DNA of 24,642 bases. Source: Psammoneis japonica. Lineage: Eukaryota. Made by a program: the position numbers and the translations under genes. The notes under the pieces were generated by a model. The model saw only the letters and a program-made list of their open reading frames with translations. It was not told the origin of the DNA and did no database searches. The stretch lies in NCBI GenBank assembly GCA_008632985.1, contig QPGO01000016.1, positions 62,001-86,642 of the forward strand. The letters run 5' to 3'. Shown piece by piece: positions 20,144 through 24,642 of this stretch (position 1 is its first letter; each line of letters starts with the position of its first letter).

Positions 20144-20965
20144 AAGTCAGCTGGGCTCTTATTGCGGGTATATTCGTGGCTGCCAAGTCGGTCGGAGCTC
20201 TACCAGCCAGATATTTGCGAGTCGACGATAAGGAGACTTACTGTATTACGTTTGCATAATCTATCTGTGAATGCATTGGTTGGCGGTAATTACTGCGAAA
20301 CAAAGTGAAGAGGAATAAGGAATAATGGTTTGAACAACAGGATAGATCAAGATTCATTCCATTATAGCAGTATTTATCGTGCTCTGCCAAGAATTGCACA
20401 TCCTCATGAAGGATGACTTCTTTGTTGTTATCATTGATTTATTGAGTGGCGTTATCAACCGAGCAGGACCATTGTTCTCAACGCAAATTGGCCATCTGCG
20501 CTGCCAGAGACACTGTGCACCTTCTTTTTGACAGCACGCTCCGATACTTGTACATACTTCTAATATCTTGATCGACCCAGTTGTTCCAAAACACTCTCAA
20601 ACACTTCCTTCCGGGTGTAAGCACCGGATGCGCTGATTTCAGATTAGTATGGTCCATGGATTTTTAACTTTTCGAGTAAAGGATTTTTCGGGTTTGCCAA
20701 GCTAGAGTCCGCAATTCGGTTTTAGTATCTTGTGCTTTTTCACCTACTGGTATGCACGCACAACGGCCGGACAGAGAGCTACCGTATCATAGGCCGGAAC
20801 GCGTAACGGTTATGAGCACTAACTCAATTTTTGAAAACCGCGAGCTCCATCCAACAAAACAAAAACCGCACGCATCTCGGTATTTCATTCACATCATCAT
20901 CAATCAGCAGAGCACAACTGAACCAGTGGTGTGTCCTTCACTATCATTTTTTGGCGCTTCATACA

Positions 20966-22783
20966 ATGAGACAATTTTATGCTTATACCGTATTCTTGAT
21001 TGCTGTGAAATTACTACCATCGCTGTTAGCCTTTTGTCCTCCCAAACAACAACGTCAGACGCATTCCTTTGCTCTTTTTGACTCGCTGCAGAAAACAGCA
21101 CAACAACTCGACGCTTTGAAGAAATTGAATCCCCGAACTCCAACCGAAAATCATGAGGATGCTCTGTACAGACAATACATGCTTCAGTCGGCTAATTCAC
21201 TCAAACAGGAATTGTCGTCTCGTGGGTTACCCGTGAAAGGTCGAAAGCCGGATCTCGCAAAACGGCTTGTTGATTCTGATTTGCAAACACCACCGACACT
21301 TGAAAATGAAAACGAATCGATACCAACGCCCGATTTGAATACTGAAGTCGCTACTCCGCTCTCTCGTTTCGCTGGATTAAAATTATCCCACACGGCTGGG
21401 TTAGCTCTGGCCCAAGCCAATTTCGTAAGCCCTAGTCCCATTCAAGCCGCCGCTATTCCCCTGCTTGCAAACGGAGAATCGGTCATTTTGCACGCCGAAA
21501 CGGGTTCTGGAAAAACACTGGCCTATCTACTTCCCATGACAGAACAGCTATGGCAAGAAGATAATAATGATGAGTCTTTTTTTGTGGTCATGACACCGAC
21601 TCGGGAATTAGCGGCTCAAGTGGCGGGGATTGCCACGGTTCTGGCACCACCAGGATCGGTGCGACTCGTGTCTCATCCCACCAATCTATTGAAAAATCCA
21701 AACAAGGACCGTGGTGAGAATCCGGAAATGGGTGGACGAAGTATAGAAGAATATGACGGTCCACCGCGATTGGTTGTCGGCAGTGCCAAGAGTATCATGG
21801 TGTCTCTCTATGGCGACAAGAAGCTCCCGGCACCACCCACCTCCAAACCCGAGGCCATGACGTTTTTGCAAAACACAAGGACGGTCGTCATGGACGAAGT
21901 TGATCGGTTGCTCAACATTCAAAAGTCACGTGCGGCATCCCAAAAGAAACTACACGAAAAGCCAGCAGCCATCGTCACATCAGCCGTGACACGATTAACG
22001 CTGGGTCAGTGTCAAGTGGTATGTGCCAGCGCGACCGTGGGTCGGCCGCTGCGACGAGAAGTGGCACGAGTCTTGGGATTACCGGCACAAGATTGTCCAC
22101 AAGTCATTCGAGGAAACGAAATTATGAAACAACCAAAACAACAACAGCAAGGATCGAGTACGAGTCGTGCTGTAACCATTCCTAACTCTGTTGAGAATTT
22201 TGTTCTTGCCGTGGACGGATCGACTGTTGGAAAGCTATTGACGTCGGCCTTTTATGTCATAAAGTCGCTACCCAAGGATTCATCGAAACAAATATTGTTG
22301 GTATTGACACGGGGTTGTGGTGTCAATACTCAAAACGCCATTGGTGCACTGAGGCATTTTGGCTGTAAACCCAATCCACAGTCCTTGTTGGATGCGCTCG
22401 AAGCGGATGGAACCGACAATATGATTGAAGTGCATCGTCAAGTGTTGGGTGCCACTGGTGTGGGTGAGTCATATTTTAGCAACAACGGACAGTCTGAAGC
22501 TACAGACGGTAATGACACCAAGGAATACTTACTCGTGACAGGAGAAGATACCGTTCGGGGATTGCATTTGGATGGGCTTGACATGGTGATTGTTGTGGGA
22601 CGTCCCAATGGACCAGATGAGTACACTCATATTGCTGGAAGAACTGGGCGGGCTGGACGGCGTGGCAAAGTTGTTACTGTGGTTTCAGAAGACAATGCGG
22701 CGGCTTTGAAGTCGTGGGAACGCATGCTGAATGTGCGATTTGAACAACTTGACATGGACAATGTAGCAACAAGCTTGACATGA
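20966..22783 (+). CDS. DEAD-box (DEVD) RNA helicase with SAP domain and bipartite plastid-targeting presequence (605 aa)
   Basis: Q motif FVSPSPIQ, AETGSGKT, PTRELAAQ, DEVD, SAT, VRGLH and HIAGRTGRAG. SAP-like LKQELSSRGLPVKGRKPDLAKRL. The first ATG at 20966 gives the signal peptide MRQFYAYTVFLIAVKLLPSLLA-F. Confidence 0.92.
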   Translation: MRQFYAYTVFLIAVKLLPSLLAFCPPKQQRQTHSFALFDSLQKTAQQLDALKKLNPRTPTENHEDALYRQYMLQSANSLKQELSSRGLPVKGRKPDLAKRLVDSDLQTPPTLENENESIPTPDLNTEVATPLSRFAGLKLSHTAGLALAQANFVSPSPIQAAAIPLLANGESVILHAETGSGKTLAYLLPMTEQLWQEDNNDESFFVVMTPTRELAAQVAGIATVLAPPGSVRLVSHPTNLLKNPNKDRGENPEMGGRSIEEYDGPPRLVVGSAKSIMVSLYGDKKLPAPPTSKPEAMTFLQNTRTVVMDEVDRLLNIQKSRAASQKKLHEKPAAIVTSAVTRLTLGQCQVVCASATVGRPLRREVARVLGLPAQDCPQVIRGNEIMKQPKQQQQGSSTSRAVTIPNSVENFVLAVDGSTVGKLLTSAFYVIKSLPKDSSKQILLVLTRGCGVNTQNAIGALRHFGCKPNPQSLLDALEADGTDNMIEVHRQVLGATGVGESYFSNNGQSEATDGNDTKEYLLVTGEDTVRGLHLDGLDMVIVVGRPNGPDEYTHIAGRTGRAGRRGKVVTVVSEDNAAALKSWERMLNVRFEQLDMDNVATSLT

Positions 22784-23098
22784 AACTTTATTAATGATAT
22801 GAACCAAAAGTCTCGCTTTGATGTTGGAGCTTTATTTGCTGGAGAGAGCGTGTGTGCCGGCTAATAATCGCGCTGATGCTGATATATCACTGTTGAGTTT
22901 CAATGACGACTTTTTTCAATACCATGTGTCGTTAGTGGATTATGATGTTTGATCGATGAAGAACAGTGCGGGGTGGCAGACGCAACGAATCGCGATTTAG
23001 TTGCTTTCCTCAAACTATACTTGGAAAGTACTCTAAAAAGGAATGGATCCATGTTTGACGTTGGTCCCTGTGTTCGCTCTACCACACTCTTGTGATGG

Positions 23099-23142
23099 CT
23101 ACAGTACGACTGTAGAGTGCAGCCCTCTAAAGTAGGGCTGCA
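23099..23142. repeat. Two adjacent perfect inverted repeats
   Basis: CTACAGT-acg-ACTGTAG (23099-23115) and TGCAGCCCT-ctaaagt-AGGGCTGCA (23118-23142). Confidence 0.7.
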
Positions 23143-23311
23143 ACCACAACTGCATAGAGAGCTTTAAGATAGTGAACGATCATGATTTAAATGTTGCACC
23201 ACACTTTCCGCTCGAAGCTAACTGACAACATGTGTCCCCTCGATGCCATTCGAGACTCACTAACGTCTCGATTGCATTCTGTCCCACCTGATGTCTAATG
23301 CTTCCAGGTGC

Positions 23312-24394
23312 TTAAAAGACACCGATTCGAAAGGCGAGCCTGATTTGTTTCAAAGCTGTGACCCAACTTCCAATGGCAGGTTCGGGCACCTCAGCAGCGT
23401 TCTCGGGTTCTTCCCAGGGTTTCAAAACTGGCAGAGAATCTTGCAGAACGTTCATCAAACGCATTGACGTGTCAAACACTTTCTTTCCCTAACATTTTGC
23501 CTTCCACTCAATCGCAGAGCGACTGTCAGACAGAATTGGGTTCAGAAACGAAACCTTTTCGAAAAGAAGGTTCGTCTGAGTCTTCGCTGGCGTAGTCAAG
23601 CGTGTCGACAATTCCAAAACTCTCTTCCCCCAATGTCCAACGCTCGATTTGATCTCAGAGAGATGGCCAGACAAGATTGGGTTCCGAAAAAACAGCAAAA
23701 AATTGTCGCGTTCCTGAAGAACGAGTGCCTGAGTCTGGATTTGCGTGATGACGTTGTTCGAAATTTCGTCTGCAAGTTTCCGCCAAAGCTGAAACGCCGC
23801 CGACTTGACATCCGAAAAGATGCTGTGCGTGTCCGACAAGACGGCCAACTGGATCTCCAAAAATGTCGTGAACGTGTCTTGGAGCACGACTGACTTGGTC
23901 TCAACCGTGCTGTTGGGTGTGGTGTTGTGAAAGAGTTGCTGGAGGCTGCTGTTGGAGTCGCCATTGTTGTCCTGAACAAAATGTTCACAGACACAATGCT
24001 CGTTGGCGTCTTCTGCTGGTGCAATCATGGGCATGGCATTGCGCAGGAGGCCTTGGACGCGACTCGGAGACTTGTCGCCATCGTCAAAATGAGCGCAAAA
24101 GCTGGAAATGAGGATGGCGTTTTCGAAGGGAACAGTGTTGGGAGCGCCATTGCTGGTGATGTCATGGCAGCAGCTGGAGGTGGTGTCAACATCTGAGCAA
24201 CGGGTGTTGTCCAAAAACTTGCACGGGAGCTCTTGGTCAATCATGGCGATGCTGTCGGTCACCACGGTTGCCTCGATCGACAAGGCGCTGACGCCGCGCT
24301 TTGCCGCATCAACAAACGAGGCAGAGAGAGGGCTGATGATGACACCAGTGCTCATGGCGGCAATGACAGCAAGGACAAAGTTCATGATTTTCAT
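23312..24394 (-). pseudogene. Tyr-free gene relic with a signal-peptide-like N-terminus and one internal stop
   Basis: Starts MKIMNFVLAVIAAMSTGVII at 24394. Internal repeat NPILSGHLSEIKSSVGHWGKRV versus NPILSDSRSAIEWKAKC*GKKV shows that the TAG at 23489-23491 sits at a Trp position. The frame continues to TAA at 23312-23314. The 377-aa ORF has no Tyr. Confidence 0.55.
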
Positions 24395-24622
24395 GATGGA
24401 CTGTGAGCTGACGAGCAATTCAGAAATTGTGAGAGCACTCAAACAAGAAGAGATTCTGTCTGCAAGGGAGGTGCCGTGGCACAAGACACACAGAAATCTG
24501 CGTGGCGTGGGCCGTTTCTCCATTGCATTTGAGTTGGAAGAAAGTTTCGCGATGGTTGTTTTGTCGCAGATGGTGCACCTGTCGAGCTTGGATGATCGTG
24601 CTGTTCCACGCAGCTGGCACAT
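23595..24622. other. TpA-free, CpG-retaining domain 3
   Basis: No TA seen in ~1.03 kb, and only two more back to 23315, while CG dinucleotides are abundant. Confidence 0.9.
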
Positions 24623-24642
24623 TAATTCTAGAGTGCGAGGCT

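Noticed and set aside
20831..20965. TTG-initiated N-terminal extension of the helicase
   Set aside because: Eukaryotic gene; the ATG at 20966 starts a clean signal peptide.

Overview
Eukaryotic DNA, most likely a pennate diatom (inferred from the bipartite signal+F plastid presequence on the helicase and the stramenopile-like beta-COP fragment). Apparently intact genes: a long minus-strand vWA-domain gene running off the left edge (absent from the ORF track), a DUF1761-like membrane protein, and a plastid-targeted SAP-domain DEAD-box helicase. Between them lie decayed material: a Ginger/KRBA2-like integrase, two arrays of one ~190-200 bp tandem repeat, SDR and beta-COP pseudogene fragments, and a frameshifted acidic repeat-protein gene with a decayed paralog. 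The main signal is three bounded domains (~3.0-11.0 kb, ~17.8-19.7 kb, ~23.3-24.6 kb) almost devoid of TpA. An in-window paralog pair shows TpA->TpG/CpA substitutions (A->G on either strand), the reverse of fungal RIP. The third domain keeps its CpGs, so the effect is separable from CpG decay. This suggests a targeted, TpA-specific A-to-G hypermutation acting on repeats and duplicated genes. All counts are by eye and need computational confirmation.
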